DNA of 64,000 bases from a bacterium (lineage in GTDB: Bacteria; Krumholzibacteriota; Krumholzibacteriia; LZORAL124-64-63). Each line of letters opens with the position of its first letter. Positions within the stretch are counted from its first letter, which is position 1. Made by a program: the position numbers and the translations under genes. A model generated the notes under the pieces. It searched no databases. It had not been told where the DNA came from and saw only the letters and a program-made list of their open reading frames with translations. Of this stretch, positions 62,609 through 64,000 are shown piece after piece. The stretch is from assembly GCA_031441465.1 (NCBI GenBank), contig JANOEP010000061.1, positions 1 to 64,000 of the forward strand, read 5' to 3'.

Positions 62609-64000
62609 ATGCAGATCGGACAACAACTCGTCGCCACGATCCCCGAGCGGTGCCGCCTGTGCTACACCTGCGTGCGCGACTGTCCGGCGAAGGCCATCCG
62701 CATCACGGGGGGCCAGGCCGAGGTGGTCGCCGAGCGCTGCATCGGCTGCGGCAACTGCGTCAAGGTCTGCCGCCGCAACGCCAAGCAGGTGGCCGGCTCG
62801 ATCGACGACGTGCGCCGCCTGCTGGCCGGACCGCGCCCCGTCGCCGCGGCCGTCGCGCCGAGCTTCCCGGCCGAGTTCCTCGACCTGACGCCCGGGCGGG
62901 TCGTGGGCGCCCTGCGCTCGCTCGGCTTCGACCTGGTCTGCGAGGTCGCCTTCGGCGCCGACCTGGTCGCCCGCCGCTACGCCGAGCTGATCAGCCGGCA
63001 CCCCGGCCGGCGCTACATCGCGACGACCTGCCCCGCCATCGTCTCCTACGTGGAGAAGTTCGAGCCCTCGCTGGTCCCCAACCTCGCGCCGGTGGTCTCG
63101 CCGATGGTCGCCACCGCCCGCGCCCTGCGCCAGCGCCACGGCCAGGACCTGGTCGTGGTCTTCATCGGCCCCTGCATCGCCAAGAAGGTGGAGGCGGTGC
63201 GCGAGGGGATCGCCGGCGACGTCGAGGCGGCGCTGACCTTCGTCGAGCTGCACCGCTTCCTCACCGAGGCCGGCATCGACGCGTCGGCGTGCGAGCCTTC
63301 GGAATTCGACGGACCTTCGCCGGGGCTGGGCGCCCTGTTCCCGATCAGCCGCGGCCTGCTGCAGGCGTCCGGCCTGACCGAGGACCTGCTCAGCAACGAG
63401 GTCGTGGCCGGCACCGGTCCCGACACGTTCATCGAGGCGCTCGACGAGTTCCGCGACGGCGTGCTGGACGTCCAGCTGCTCGAGCTGCTGTCGTGCAAGG
63501 GCTGCATCATGGGCGCGGGCATGACGACCAGCGCGCCGCTGTTCCGCCGGCGCACGGCGGTCAGCAGCTACGTGCGCGAACGGCTCTGGGTCCCGAGCGG
63601 CGAGCGCCGCCGCGCCGAACTGGAGGAGTTCTCCCACCTCGACCTGATGGCGGTCTACGCTCCCGCCGACACGCGCATGCCGCAGCCGTCGCCGCGCGAG
63701 CTGGCCGCGATCCTGGAGCGCCTGGGCAAGGGTGCGCCCGAGGACGAGCTGGACTGCGGCGCCTGCGGCTACCGGACCTGCCGCGAGCACGCCGTGGCCA
63801 TCCACACGGGCATGGCCGAGAACGAGATGTGCCTGCCCTACACCATCGAGCGGCTCAAGGAGTCCCTCGACGAGCTGAACGTCTCCCACCGCGAACTGGC
63901 CAGCGCGCAGCAGGCGCTGATCAACGCCGAGAAGCTCGCCAGCATGGGCCAGCTGTCGGCCGGCATCGCCCACGAGGTGAACAACCCGCTGGGCGTGGTC
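62609..64000 (+). CDS. Sensory (group C-type) [FeFe]-hydrogenase fused to a histidine kinase; truncated by the window end
   Basis: Absent from the ORF track because there is no stop in the window. Hand translation gives 2x4Fe-4S (CRLCYTCVRDC, CIGCGNCVKVC), ATTCP, GPCIAKKVE, ELLSCKGCIMG, DCGACGY.TC...MC, a coiled coil and the H-box EKLASMGQLSAGIAHEVNNPL. Confidence 0.9.
   Translation, partial: MQIGQQLVATIPERCRLCYTCVRDCPAKAIRITGGQAEVVAERCIGCGNCVKVCRRNAKQVAGSIDDVRRLLAGPRPVAAAVAPSFPAEFLDLTPGRVVGALRSLGFDLVCEVAFGADLVARRYAELISRHPGRRYIATTCPAIVSYVEKFEPSLVPNLAPVVSPMVATARALRQRHGQDLVVVFIGPCIAKKVEAVREGIAGDVEAALTFVELHRFLTEAGIDASACEPSEFDGPSPGLGALFPISRGLLQASGLTEDLLSNEVVAGTGPDTFIEALDEFRDGVLDVQLLELLSCKGCIMGAGMTTSAPLFRRRTAVSSYVRERLWVPSGERRRAELEEFSHLDLMAVYAPADTRMPQPSPRELAAILERLGKGAPEDELDCGACGYRTCREHAVAIHTGMAENEMCLPYTIERLKESLDELNVSHRELASAQQALINAEKLASMGQLSAGIAHEVNNPLGVV

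Overview
High-GC bacterial chromosome segment with about 50 CDS. Four secreted proteins end in a PNPFNP...WDG (FlgD-Ig / T9SS-like) C-terminal domain, which suggests an FCB-associated lineage (inference). From left to right: (1) a minus-strand operon of a sodium:solute symporter, two unannotated micro-membrane proteins and a GH92 mannosidase; (2) rlmL-like methyltransferase, an epimerase, an SMR-type transporter and a BtuF-like protein; (3) a redox/secreted-protein cluster with an 11-heme cytochrome c fused to cytochrome b, a tetraheme cytochrome c, two beta-propellers and a blue-copper protein; (4) ECF sigma, anti-sigma and DUF4097 genes, then SppA, an AAA ATPase, PDZ, AI-2E, DUF3365 and ALDH genes; (5) an RluA-RlmI/K fusion, a fused homoaconitase, an orphan higA, prpD and heme A/O synthases; (6) a czcI-like leader with czcCBA, then ferritin; (7) a 2-oxoacid dehydrogenase operon; (8) rex-hydCBA (trimeric [FeFe]-hydrogenase) followed by a sensory [FeFe]-hydrogenase/histidine kinase that runs off the right edge. 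The most notable signal is a secreted beta-propeller gene (12919-14577) interrupted by one in-frame TGA in a C-V-G-[TGA] (CxxU) motif and followed directly by a SECIS-like hairpin, i.e. a candidate selenoprotein of an unusual fold. Several structured intergenic RNA candidates and a mirrored G/C strand-skew pattern also stand out. All calls come from reading the sequence; no database searches were run.
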